A stretch of DNA of 64,000 nt from Oculina patagonica (Eukaryota). A program made the translations under genes and the position numbers. Below, one piece after another: positions 1 through 11,870 of the stretch (position 1 is its first letter; each line of letters begins with the position of its first letter). The stretch spans positions 10,788,001-10,852,000 of the forward strand of contig NC_135762.1 of assembly GCF_052425735.1 (NCBI RefSeq). Direction: 5' to 3'. The notes under the pieces were generated by a model. The model was not told the origin of the DNA. It searched no databases and was given only the letters and a program-made list of their open reading frames with translations.

Positions 1-541
1 TTGTAGACTTGCACCAAGTTGCCCTCTTGTTGTTGTTGTTGTTACCATTTGCAATTTGTGCTTTACATAGAACTATACCTTTGTTAGCAATCACAGTACC
101 AAGTTTAGTTTAGTTTTGTTTGGTTCTCAAGGGTCAAATTTTTATCCATAGCGAAAAAAGATAATAAAATAAAACTTTTATTTAAGTGTCGATTTATTTA
201 GCCCAATTGGGAATCATATAACACGAGGTTAAGGTTTTGGTCTATACAGGTCGTATACAAAACATGGAACACCCCGGTAGATCTGGTGCAGGGACCAGCC
301 CGGACCCCATGTAACTGCCTTATTTCCAATAAGCGCCCTCCTTTGAGCTATCAAAATAATAAAAAAGCACCCTGGATGTCAAATCGAATGATTACGATAA
401 TTTAGGAATAGCACTCGTCCGAACTTGATCACGTGCAAATAAAATCAGTTGTGAGTAGTTTATATAAGCGGCACTGGAATCGGGTCTTTATGCCAGTCTG
501 GAAGTCTGTGGGTTAAAAAGTAAAGCGGTGTCATAGCTTAC

Positions 542-3500
542 CATTCCATTCTTCATTCCTGCCTTCTTCTCGGCATCTGTACATTTCTTCCCAATCCAAA
601 CAAATATTCCACTGCTTCCGCAGTCCAGAATAAAGCAATCCTGGAAGAAAACTAATTGTTTACATGAATGCTTTCTTTCTTTTACAGTTCTAACTGTCTA
701 TCCTTTACTTGAAAATAAAAAAAAGCGTTAGCATTGACTCTTAGAAATAGAATAAATGACAGCGAGAACGTAATAAAATGAAAGCACTAGTCGATAAAAA
801 TAACAAGGCAATACTTTCAAAGCCACAATAAATCTCGCTGTACTGGTTTAGGACAAGACTCGCGTACCTTACAAAGCCAAATAGATTATAAAATGGGAAT
901 TTTCAAAAGTAATACGACTTTTTTAATTTTCACAAACATGTTTCGACGGTACATCCGTCATCGTCAGTGTGACGGTTATGAAAGTTTACAGTGATTTAAA
1001 ACGTGCCTGTTACAAATCATACGTTACATTGCGTTGAAAAGCAATACGCTAGATAAATTTTGAAGTTAACGGAATTAAAAAGAAGCGCGCGCGCGTGCAG
1101 CTATAGGGAAAGCGTCAAATTGATGTGTTTGACCTGTTGATTAAGGTCCGGCTTTTCCCACTTGATGTACATAGACTCCTTAAGCTTAACCTGGTACTTG
1201 GTAGGTGCAGAGTCTAAGATCTTGAAGCAGTCTAAGTTACAAGAGGTACGGCATGACTCTGAAGCCTGCAAATGCTTATAAACGTGAGAGGTTCTGTCCG
1301 ATGACAAGTGCTCGTGCACGCGCGTGGAGAAATGTCGGCTTGTTTCGCCAACGTAACAAGCATTACAGCTTGCACAAGAAAATTTGTACACGATGCGCGT
1401 ACGGAGCCTGTCAGGGAGAGGATCTTTCACGTTAAACAAGTTCTTAATTTTAAAAGTAGAATAAACAAATTTGATGTCTATGGGTTAACAGAATCGATCG
1501 ATTAGCTTGCGCACCCTTTGTTGGATGTGCAACACCCGAAAAATGCCCGATGTAGGGGATCTTGAAATAGTGCTTGGGCAACTCCTGTTGCTCGACACCT
1601 GTTGAAGGGAACAAATTTGTTTATTCTACTTTTAAAATTAAGAACTTGTTTAACGTGAAAGATCCTCTCCCTGACAGGCTCCGTACGCGCATCGTGTACA
1701 AATTTTCTTGTGCAAGCTGTAATGCTTGTTACGTTGGCGAAACAAGCCGACATTTCTCCACGCGCGTGCACGAGCACTTGTCATCGGACAGAACCTCTCA
1801 CGTTTATAAGCATTTGCAGGCTTCAGAGTCATGCCGTACCTCTTGTAACTTAGACTGCTTCAAGATCTTAGACTCTGCACCTACCAAGTACCAGGTTAAG
1901 CTTAAGGAGTCTATGTACATCAAGTGGGAAAAGCCGGACCTTAATCAACAGGTCAAACACATCAATTTGACGCTTTCCCTATAGCTGCACGCGCGCGCGC
2001 TTCTTTTTAATTCCGTTAACTTCAAAATTTATCTAGCGTATTGCTTTTCAACGCAATGTAACGTATGATTTGTAACAGGCACGTTTTAAATCACTGTAAA
2101 CTTTCATAACCGTCACACTGACGATGACGGATGTACCGTCGAAACATGTTTGTGAAAATTAAAAAAGTCGTATTACTTTTGAAAATTTCTACATTTTTGC
2201 TGCTGTCTCGACCAAAATGGGAATTAGTTTTAAAATCGAACAAGATTAGTTTCGGAAGCGAACTAAATAAATTTAAAACAAACAAAAGGTGTAAAAAAGA
2301 AATAGGACTAAATATGAATAATAATAAGAATAAGATGCGTTATGGCACTTATTCAGTAAAGCTACACATTTAACTTACATATGAATCCAGATGCTCTTTT
2401 TTCAGAGGAACTTCATTCACGGGTGTCATTTCCAGCGTTCCGCTTTCGTCGGATACCCTGCAAAGAAACCAGTTTTATATTCTTGCTGTCTCTCCCTTGA
2501 CCACACCAAAATGCTTTATATTACGAATAGTCAGCGATTTGATTTTCTTCCATGTTGTGACCTGACAAGTTTTTTGCCATCTTCACAGTAGCCGTGAATG
2601 AACTTCATCACGAAATCCACGCAACACTGGTCTGTACCACATTTACACCTTTTAGCAACATCAATATAGTGTATTGCATTTATGAAAATTTTATTGTGAA
2701 TTCCTTTGAACTTTTGTAAATCCTGAACGTGTTTAACCAAAGTCGCGGCCCGCCAGTGGCTCATTTGAATTCCAACTGATGAAGGCACCGCAGTCTCGAA
2801 ACACCCGGCCGTTTGCAACACTCTTAGCGCCCAACAAAAACGCACAGGATGCATTTTATCTACGCGAAAAGGGCACAAATCGCGTTTAAAAAAACCGCTT
2901 GGGCGCGCAGGCAAGAACGTGCAGTAGGTGTAATGCTAAGCGTGTTGATCACATACTGTACCTGTATAGCGTGACGCTTGTTTGACTGTGTTTCTCAAAT
3001 GCGACGTCATCACCTCCCTCTGAAGCGTCCTTGACGTCACCACGTGATCCAAGAGCTTCAAAAAAGTTGTTTTCGTCTCGGTGATCTTTGTTCTCATCTA
3101 AGAGCACGGATTAACTGTTAGAGTTTAAAAAAACTGAGCTGCAAAGTGTACATAAAAACGCTTTATGTTTTTTTTGCTGATTTTAGGAAGGGACGACGTT
3201 TCTTCCGTACCTACTGCAACATGCTACCTCTTACAAATTCATTAATTCTCTGTCCAACATACATTTTTTTCCAGTGCGAATGGTAACTCTGATGTTTACT
3301 CGAAATGAAGCGGGTTACGATCAATAGGATAATATATTTATTTCACCTATGATAACAAGTTTTGCTTTTCCTCCCCTCTCTTCGTCTCTTATTCGTCTTG
3401 CAACTTCAATTCCCTGAAACAAAAGACCAGTAGCAAACGTTTAACTATACAACGTTAGTTCTCTCTCACTTCTGTTCGTTCTGTCAGATTCAAGATAATA

Positions 3501-6500
3501 CATGTGATGAATGCCATTCGTAGATCAAACTTGGAGTTATGTACAAAAGTGAAAATTGATTATTACCTTCATTCGCTCTGTTCTGCTGCACTGAGACCCG
3601 TTCCAGCAGTGAATGGTCATTCCTTCGTCAAGAATAAACACATCGCCTTTGTTTAGTGACGTGTAGTGGAGCTCGACCTGTGAGACAGAATCAGCTACAA
3701 CATTGAAAACTGCCAGAGGTGTAACCCTTCATAGACACTTACACGTCTTACACGCTCAAAGGGGAAAGAATTTGTAAGTAAGGCCGTGACTAATTACGAT
3801 TGCGAGGATGGAAACGGATATGAAAATGTTAACAATATGAAATGTTAAAAAAAAAACTGTTGTACACTGACCTGTGATACGCGCACGTTTCTCTTTCCCT
3901 TGACATGAAAAAGCCGCTTCTCATAAACACCTCGCTGTACTTTTCTGAATCCAGAATCTACACCACCTTCCAGGTATCTACCAAACAAGTAATAAAATGT
4001 ATTTAATATTGCATCAGTCATCACAATTTCTCCAGTCTTTTCGGTAGAAGCTACGAATATCTTCTGGAAGATCCGATTCGTTTCCGGAATTGGAAGTTCT
4101 TAGAAGATCTTAGGATTTATCTTCCCTGACCTGAGGAGGCATTCCTTCATTATAAACACTTTTTTTTACCTACGTGTGCAGGACGACCCAGGACTAGTGT
4201 TCGCCATCTACTGAGAGGACCGACTCTCCTATTTACTTCATTCTGCAGATACGTCAGTTAAGTGATATGAGTTGATGCTTATTCCAATATAAACTTCGTA
4301 AAAGTAAGAGTTTTTTTTACTTACCTTATTCCTTTCGGAAAATAGTTCAAAAATTTCCTTGATTCGTGATCCTGAACCTTACGAAGAAAATGAAGACCAG
4401 AAGACAATTGTCATACTCATGATTTTGGCAGAGAATTTCCATTTCTAGCTTTATATGAGAAACAGTGCCTACCACTCATCCCCCCTCCAAGGGCTTGGTT
4501 AGTAGAAAGATTTACCCTATGCGTGGAACGTGCTGGCCTAATAGTTAGCACTTTGGACTTTTGAGCGAGCGATGTAGGTCCGAGGTCTGGTTAGTGTTAC
4601 GTTGTGTTCTTGAGAGACCTTTTACTCTCACAGTGTCTTTCCACCTCTGAGTATGAAATGGTGTCAATGAGCTGGTAGAACGACCTGTCAAAAAGCTGGG
4701 AGAGGGGGGGGGGGGGGGACAAGCGCTGGACGCATTCAAGGAGTGCAGTAATACTGTTTGTCGCTTCATGCTACAGAAGACCCTGATAAGCTCTGCAATG
4801 TAGGCCAATTTCTCCCGAGCGCAAACTTAATTGCTAAGATTGAACCGGTTTAAGCAGACACTCGTAAAGTAGATCTTCTCTCTAGTACTACAGTCATCGA
4901 TCTACTGAATCACTAAAAGCCTTTCTAATGTACGTATACACTTCTCTAAGGTGGATACCTTTCTAAGGTAGATAACTTCCTACTGTGGACACGTCCCTAA
5001 GGCAGACAGAGCGGCTCCACGACGTTTATAAAGAGTTGATTGGATATAATACTGAAAGCTTTCCGGGCTTTTAATAATTATTCCCGTACCTCTCTGTACT
5101 GTACTGGTCCACCGCCAAGACTATCATCCAACTCTACTGTCTTATAAGCAGCCACACCCTGTTCGTCCTGCAGTTAAGAAATATTAATAAACATCTGTTA
5201 CATGGCCGGGCTATGCAAACTTAGGATTCAAGCACGATAGATAATCACAGCAATGCATCTGTGACACATCAATACGCATTACACTGAAGCATCTACTCTT
5301 TAAAAGAAAATTACACAAACAGAAACTGGGTACGGATTTGAATAGACAGCTCAGTACAAATAAAATCAATTATAAGATTGAAAAAAAAAAAAAAAAAAAC
5401 AAATGAGAAATTTTTAGTTTTGGTATGGTTATTAAAAAGAACAACGACAACGACAATAAAAAATGAAAATAAAAGTACCTGAGAGGTGGTAGAGCCAAGC
5501 CAGAAATGTATATCCCACTCTAAATGAGATTCAACTTTTCTGGTCTAAAATAAAATAAAGTTTGAACGGAAACAAAAATAAAATAAAAATAAACAAACAA
5601 ATAAACAAGAAAAGCTGAAAATAAACCATAAAAACAGATTGATAAACAATTACACTGAAGTCTTGTAAGCATAACTCACCGATAAACAAATATACGAATC
5701 TCCTGAGTAGAACGTACCATAAGTTTTAACATCTTGAGCAACAACTTTCAGTTTCTATAGCAAATGATAAACAAAATTCCAAGAAGTCAAAACGACTTTT
5801 TTCTTCGTATAATATTAGCTACAGAAGATTAAAGCCTGGTTTTCACTAGCGACGCAAGCACAAGCGCAAGCATAAGCGCAATCACGCAAAAAGGACAAAT
5901 TTGATCCTTGTTCTTGTGCTTGCCGCAATTACGTGTAGTAGTTGATATTTCTTGACATGAGCAGTTTAGATGTATTTCTAGCGAATTCAGAAGGCCCAAA
6001 TATAAAAATGTCTCGGAGAAGCATGCCCCGGCCCCCTAGACGGTTTGTGATCATAGCATCGCTTTTGGTGGGCTCTCTCAAGCTGCCGCTTTTCCAATTG
6101 CTCCGACCCCCCGTCCCCCCAGTACATGAACGGCTGCAACAACTCTGCCCGCTAGAACAGTCACGAAAATACGTACAGGACTGACCGACACAACTTGAGC
6201 CGTAAACACATCTAGTGCTGCAGCAGACTCGATTCACACCGTAATAATTCTTGGAAGTACACCGATCGCTTGCACTAGCGAGAAGGCAATCATGACAACC
6301 AGTGCCGCGTATCTGAAGAGAATATCTAAGGAGAAAGCTGCCATATTTAACTCTCTCGATCCACGGCTTCCTTTCCTTCGTATTGTTGTTCTTATTGGGT
6401 TTCAAAAGTACAGCAAGGGAGGAAAAAAGAGAGAGTTGGTCTGGGAACGAAGTAGAAGAATCAGTAGAAGGATTTATTGCTGTGGTCACGTTATGCGTGA

Positions 6501-9117
6501 CTTCTGGGTAATCGTCCGTTCCCGATTTTAAAGACAAAAAAGCCTGCAAAAAAGATATCGAATAATTGCTACCTCTTTTAATACTGTAATACGACGGTTC
6601 TTTTTCTTATAATATTTAAAGCTAATTTGTTAAAGGATGACCCAATCCAAGAAGGTCACGGTATAGCATTTCAAACGAGCATTTCTCGCCTAGAGTGTCT
6701 ACAGTTTTAGGTGGTAGACAAAAACGCAGACCCCTTGCCTCCGTCAAGGCTCGATGCGAGTAGTTGAAGATTACACTATCGAAGCTCAAATTTGATATCT
6801 GCAGTATTCCATATCTGCGTTTCAAATTGTTAAATTTCCGTTCAAGCGTTAACATAGACTTAGCTTTCACAGTCGAGCGAATGTGGCCGAAATCAAGCGG
6901 AGAAAAAACAGACTTGAGGGTCGCCAGGGCTGATTCATAGGACTTTTTACTTAATTTCAAAAAGCAACAAGTCCTGCTTGAGGCGACGACAGGCTTTGGT
7001 ATCTTGAAACTCGCGTCTACTCAGTTTAAAATCGAGGAACTTGGGGAAAAAATGGTAAGAGATTATGTGAACAGGATCTTTTACGCTTCAACAAAGTCAC
7101 AAGCTTTTCCAGAAATACCGGTATACATTTTAAAATCGGTAATTAGAGCGTTCGACTAGTGAACGGAAGGTCGTGGGTTCAAGTCTCATCTGTGAACTCA
7201 GAATTTTTTCTGAGCTCCTCTCTTATAAAACACACGTCATTTCCATTAAAATTTAATATACCCGGTGTTAAATGAACATATCTTTGATAGAAACAATTCA
7301 AGCCGCGCATTAATTATGAGAAGCAACAGAAACAACTTTTAAATTATCAAATATTTCTGTCAATTCACAAGAATAAATGGAACCTACAAGGCAAGTGAAT
7401 TTCAGGAGTAGCCTCGCTCGCCTCGCCAAAGCGAGGTGAGCGAGAATCCACGCGTGTATGTCGCATTCGAGCGATAATCCACGCGTGCACCTCGCATTTT
7501 GCGCTGTGAGAGCCCAATGCAAAAATGGCAACTGATAGATGCCTCGTATCTGTTTCGTGGTTAATATCATGAGGTTGTATGAACTGCTTCGCTTAACTGC
7601 CTTCTTTGCTGAAAAGTTTGGAGATAAATTAAAGGGACATGCCTTGTTACATCATTCAGTTTTACACGGGAAACGTTCGATTAAACGCGTGAGCAACGTT
7701 TCACATTTTGAGTCAGTCGGGCATGCTACACAGTTCAATCGAGTTCCTCAGCGAATTCTAGTACTTGTGTCCCGTTTCACGGGTAAAACTTCAATGTGGG
7801 CCATTAATTCTACTTTTTTGCCAGAGATATGTCTCACGACGTAAACACGAAATTATTTTATTTCTCGCCCTCGAAGTTACAATTCCCACGTACAATGTTG
7901 TTGTCAGTTTTGAAATACGAAAAAATACGCATGCAGTGTAAAAGTTTATTTGTTTGGTTTAGAGAATAAATTTCGTCATTCTTTAAAAATAATCCTAGGG
8001 TTTTTTACGTTTTTGGTGATGACAGCCTAAAACGGTTCGTTTTTTAATGATAGTAATAAATATTTTATATGCACAAGACAATGAAAGCTCGGCTGGAAGT
8101 GTTGCATTTTTAAGTATAAACAAACGGTCTGAACATGAAGCTTTTTTCCGTATGCTTAGCACCTGTTGAACACAGCAAATGAATGCTAACTTAACAATTT
8201 TCAACACATTGCACTTGACGGCAACGCTCTAAATAAAAAGACAAACACCTCATTGGCAAATTTGTTCTTGTAAAAAATTTTACTCTTCGGCTTATAGTTC
8301 CTGCTTCGCGTTATAAAAGGAAGGTTCCAGATTCGATGCATGTATCACGTAGCGAATATCATTTCGTGCGTGATAACGTTAACTTAACCCGCGCTTCCCG
8401 CATCCGACACACAAAAGAGTGAAATATTTTATGTATTATTGTCAAGCTTTAATATAATCGACGTTTTATTGTTAAATTTACCAGGAGATAACCTTTGCAA
8501 TAATTACAATATGGAAATGCGATGACTATAGCTAAAGGAAAAACTGTAGTCTTTCAATTCTCTGTACCTCGATTTTTTTGCACCATATTGAACGACGGAA
8601 TTATAACTATTATTACTGCTTGTAAAAGTTAGACCAGACTGTAATTATTAAATATTATTTAAAAAATAGAAAAACTGACACCATCCTAAGTGAGCGCCAG
8701 TTTTAGGCACGACTCTTGTTTGCAATAACTGAGGTTCAATATAAGCGGTTTTATAAATTAAGGTCGGTATACCATAGTTGGTAAAATGAGATAATCTCTG
8801 GCGCCGAAAACGATTTTACTGACAGGAACGTTTTGTCTGGCAAGCTATTTTCAAATGATTTATTTTTATGAGCTGTATCGACCATGGAAAGCAATAGAGT
8901 TTTGTAGGAAAAGTAAAATTGTGTGTGAGTTGTCCATGGGACATATTCCTCTTCATATCTTGAGCCCTGAGCAAGTCCATAAGCCGCATCAATAAAAACC
9001 GCAAAGAAAAATATTATTTGCTGAACATTAACAGCAATTATTATGACTAACCTCAATTCTCCATATTTCCATGCCAGGCTTCTTCCCCGCTTCGAGGAAA
9101 GCGTCATCGACTCCCAT
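542..9117 (-). CDS. Gelsolin/villin (advillin-like) actin-binding protein; 5' part of gene, 11 coding exons (~312 aa, gelsolin repeats G1-G3), continues beyond left edge
   Basis: GT-AG exons in consistent phase: 9052-9117 ([22 protein letters not shown]), 5680-5754 ([19 protein letters not shown]), 5479-5544 (..[13 protein letters not shown]), 5090-5167 ([26 protein letters not shown]), 4325-4377 ([18 protein letters not shown]), 3872-3977 ([26 protein letters not shown]), 3567-3677 (..[17 protein letters not shown]), 3347-3413, 2962-3097, 2379-2457, 542-640 ([19 protein letters not shown]). These are the diagnostic gelsolin-repeat motifs. Villin versus gelsolin cannot be settled without the C-terminus. 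Confidence 0.95.
930..972 (-). ncRNA. Minimal type I hammerhead ribozyme (mirror copy; sense to host pre-mRNA)
   Basis: Exact reverse complement of 2113-2155. Confidence 0.88.
1101..1439 (-). pseudogene. 5'-truncated PLE GIY-YIG endonuclease domain (left copy)
   Basis: ORF track 112 aa with IVYKFSC..C..YVGET.R...R..EH motif; no RT domain upstream. Confidence 0.88.
1612..1984 (+). pseudogene. 5'-truncated PLE GIY-YIG endonuclease domain (right copy)
   Basis: ORF track 1574-1984; translation identical to the left copy from FNVKDP to the stop. Confidence 0.88.
2113..2155 (+). ncRNA. Minimal type I hammerhead ribozyme (PLE 3' end)
   Basis: TCACA-CTGACGA-T-GACGG-ATGTA-CCGTC-GAAA-CATG-TT-TGTGA. 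Intact CUGANGA/GAAA/UH core, stem II GACGG/CCGTC, stem I TCACA/TGTGA, palindromic ACATGT stem III, GUU cleavage triplet. Confidence 0.88.
4533..4830 (+). mobile_element. Degenerate tRNA-derived SINE (MetaSINE-like) in gelsolin/villin intron
   Basis: A-box-like TGGCCTAATAGTTAG, central GTTGTGTTCTTGAG..TTTACTCTCACAGTGTCT motif, 3' GTCGCTTCATGCTACAGAA; the 3' part resembles 32310-32900. Confidence 0.6.
6121..6344 (-). pseudogene. Frameshifted, truncated fragment of a secreted cysteine-rich protein gene nested in gelsolin/villin intron 1
   Basis: ATG 6344 gives signal-like [26 protein letters not shown]. The Cys-rich [34 protein letters not shown] follows in a different frame and is cut off at ~6121 by a G-rich repeat fragment. 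Confidence 0.55.
6622..7110 (-). mobile_element. Decayed Penelope-like element ORF N-terminal fragment
   Basis: ORF 6622-6960 contains [36 protein letters not shown], resembling the N-terminal domain that precedes PLE reverse transcriptases. Confidence 0.6.
7138..7215 (+). mobile_element. tRNA-derived SINE head
   Basis: TTAGAGCGTTCGACTAGTGAACGGAAGGTCGTGGGTTCAAGTCTC: tRNA-like, with a B-box GGTTCAAGTC. Confidence 0.55.
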
Positions 9118-11521
9118 TGAAAATACAATAAGTAAAATAAAAACAACAGAAAAACGGAATAAAAATTAAGGCTCTTTAAGCCGCTCGTGGCTTTATGAAG
9201 ATGCGGAACGAGAATTTCGTGTATTCCTACGTTTAAATTCGAGTGTGTCTGTTGTCCGAGCGACAAATACGACATAAAGCTTGTTGCAGACAGAAATTTA
9301 AATAGCTGTGTTATTGAAGAGATGGCAAATTAAATGATGGTTGGATAGCAAAGGCTCCTCATTGGAGGCCCGAGTACACGTGTCGCAATTTTTTGGCAAA
9401 GCTTAACTCCTTTGTTTTGGTATAAATTAGTTAAGACGGCTCATGTTTATGTACATTTCTTATTCTTATCTTAAAAGCGCGTTTAAGCTTCAATTTGTGA
9501 ACGGAAATTTACGTTAAGAAATTGAATTAAAATTCGATTTTGAAAGTTATTTAATGTGCGTCTTTGGTGCGCACGGGACGGCTTTTTGGGAGAAGAAATT
9601 TTCATCGCTGCTGGGTAAAATAGAATATTCATGACGTCGTTAAATTTTAAATTAGCAGTGATACCCGTCGCAGTACCTTCGAGAATGAAAATTTAAATAC
9701 TACTCGATTATACTTTGGTAACAGATTAAAATATTCTTGTTTTGCGATCTGACAGGCGTCACATAAAAGCTACGGTTTGTTTTAATTAGAATAAAATGTT
9801 CTTTTTGCAATTAATTTTCAATTATGGATTTCGAAGAGCATTCCATTTTCCGTTTTGTTTTGCTATTGCAGCTATTGCTCTTTCCTGTTTTGACATCTCA
9901 CGAAATAAAACAAATTATTACTGTTTATAGCCCCAGCGCATGTCTAAATTTTATAAATTATTAAACAAATTATCGCTATGCTCATTATACGCCATATCGA
10001 ACAACCTATATAAGCTTGAAAATATGAGAGACATTTTTATGTTTTGGCCAAATACACTTTTACGGAAATGCGCCTAATATTCGTGCCGTAAAACCTTTAG
10101 ATCAGTTTGGGTAAGAAATAATCGGAGTTTTTCGTTCGCCAACCTTTGTAAATATTTTACACTTTCGACAAGCCGATGCCGCCAGCCAATGAAACACAAA
10201 GAACTCTGACCGGTGGCGTCAACTTGAATAGGACAGAATTTCGCGGGAAATTAGACGCACGTCAATCAACATCTCTCTTCACTCCTGCGTGGTTTGCGTG
10301 CGTAATTTTGTACTCAGGTCTTTTTTCACAAAAGTGAGAAGTTCTGGGTACGAGCTCTAGATTATGTTTTGCGGAGAGAAGATCGGAAGCTTCATGAGAA
10401 CAGCGAGAACAGAGCGGCAAGACTTGAAAGAACAGCCTCAATCAACTACCAATGCGTTAACAGCTGACAATCAACCTGCGCTTTTCCTAATAGCCACAGG
10501 CGATCTCTTTTCTTCGCTTCTTGGACACTCCCGTCATTTCCTAGGTGACGAGAGTACTCAAGAATTGCCGCTATCGGTCACAAACTTCTGCTAACTGACC
10601 TCTTTCGTAAAATAATGGGCACGCACCCCTTGTAAGCGATTACTTGGTCATGGTCCAAGCAACATACAAAGACTGTACTTTTCACCAACCTCGTACCCAG
10701 CGCCATCTCTGCTTTCAAGATAGCGCCTTGAAAGCAGAGATGTCCCTGGGGACGAGGTTGCATTTTTCATCTCCCAAAAGCGGACACTTCTCGTGTAAGT
10801 GAATACATTTTTCTGGTCAAAGGAGTCTGCTTACCGGAGATTCTAATGGGTAGTTGCTCGCAAAACAACTGGCGACAGCGCTTATCAAAGAGGTAAGCGT
10901 TGTCAAAAGCTCGACGGTATCGTTAAGGACGTTCGCGCCAAAATTTTTTACTCGATAGATTTCTTTCATTTTTTTGGTGCGGTCAGATAAGGAGTTACTT
11001 GTGTCAGAAATGCAAAAAAAAGTTGGGGTTACCGACTTCGTTTCAGAGAAAAAGCGTGTGGAAAACTACTCTGATTTTGAAAAATTGGCGCACGTAATTT
11101 AGCATGGTTTACAGGGTTTAAAGTTAAAAATATCAAAGATGAGTAAACGGAGGCTAACGATCTTAGTCACATTTTGTAGAAGTGCGTCTGTTGCATAAAT
11201 AATTCCTAGTTTTGCCATCTTTTTTGTAAAATTTAACCCTGAAAAAACGCATTTGAAACTGTCGTACGGCAAAAAGGAAAGCACAAAAAATGGAAATCAA
11301 ACCGTCAGTGTGACAAAAAATTCAAACTTCCACTCGATAGATTTTTTTCATTTTCTCGCAAAACGTAGATATTAATTATAATTAACAAGTGATCCATTAA
11401 GAAAAAAGTAGGGGTCACCGACCATTTAAGGTCATTTAAGAGAGCAAATTACAAGCAAAGCTAGCGGAACGGCAACTCACCCTAAATGTTCTTAGAAATT
11501 TTACCCAGCGCGCGCGCTCGA

Positions 11522-11870
11522 CAAAAATAAGTGTTGTTCACACTGAGAGGACATGTAGCAGGGACGTGTAGCGTTGACATGTAGCTGCGACAAAATCACA
11601 ATGTGTACACACGCAAGAAAATGTAGCGGGGACATGTCGCAGCGACATGTCCCCTCGTGTGTGCTGATATTTTTTGGCGCGTGCAACACGCATTCTTGCA
11701 ATATTTTTTCCCTGCAACATGTTGCACGCAGTCCAACGAGTTGAAATCCGTGCAACATGTCGCAGGGACAAAACTGCTGCAAAATCGTCCCTGCTACATG
11801 TCCCCTTAGTGTGAACAACACATGATTTTGTCGCTGCTACATGTTGCTGCAACATGTCCCCACGTGTGCT
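11522..11870. repeat. Palindrome-rich interspersed repeat (MITE-like)
   Basis: Recurrent CATGT(A/C)GC(A/T)GCGACA motifs; inverted arms GTTGTTCACACTGAGAGGACATGTAGCAGGGAC / GTCCCTGCTACATGTCCCCTTAGTGTGAACAAC. Confidence 0.65.

Larger units (their letters stand above)
902..2213. mobile_element. Penelope-like retroelement (GIY-YIG 3' part), inverted head-to-head double insertion in gelsolin/villin intron 641-2378
   Basis: Arms 898-1473 (-) and 1612-2187 (+) are reverse complements. Both encode [49 protein letters not shown] (PLE GIY-YIG endonuclease C-terminus). The spacer 1474-1611 continues the minus copy ([11 protein letters not shown]..., with indel and stop). Flanked by the 12-bp direct repeat AAAATGGGAATT at 890-901 and 2214-2225. 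Confidence 0.93.

Noticed and set aside
1574-1984. 136-aa ORF as a stand-alone myristoylated (MGNSCC) GIY-YIG nuclease gene
   Set aside because: The start is a TTG, not an ATG, and the N-terminus is antisense PLE spacer sequence fused at the inversion junction
5929-6549. 206-aa ORF as an intact gene
   Set aside because: Chimeric read-through of UTR-like sequence, a Cys-rich fragment and a transposon fragment; non-ATG start; the signal peptide is in another frame
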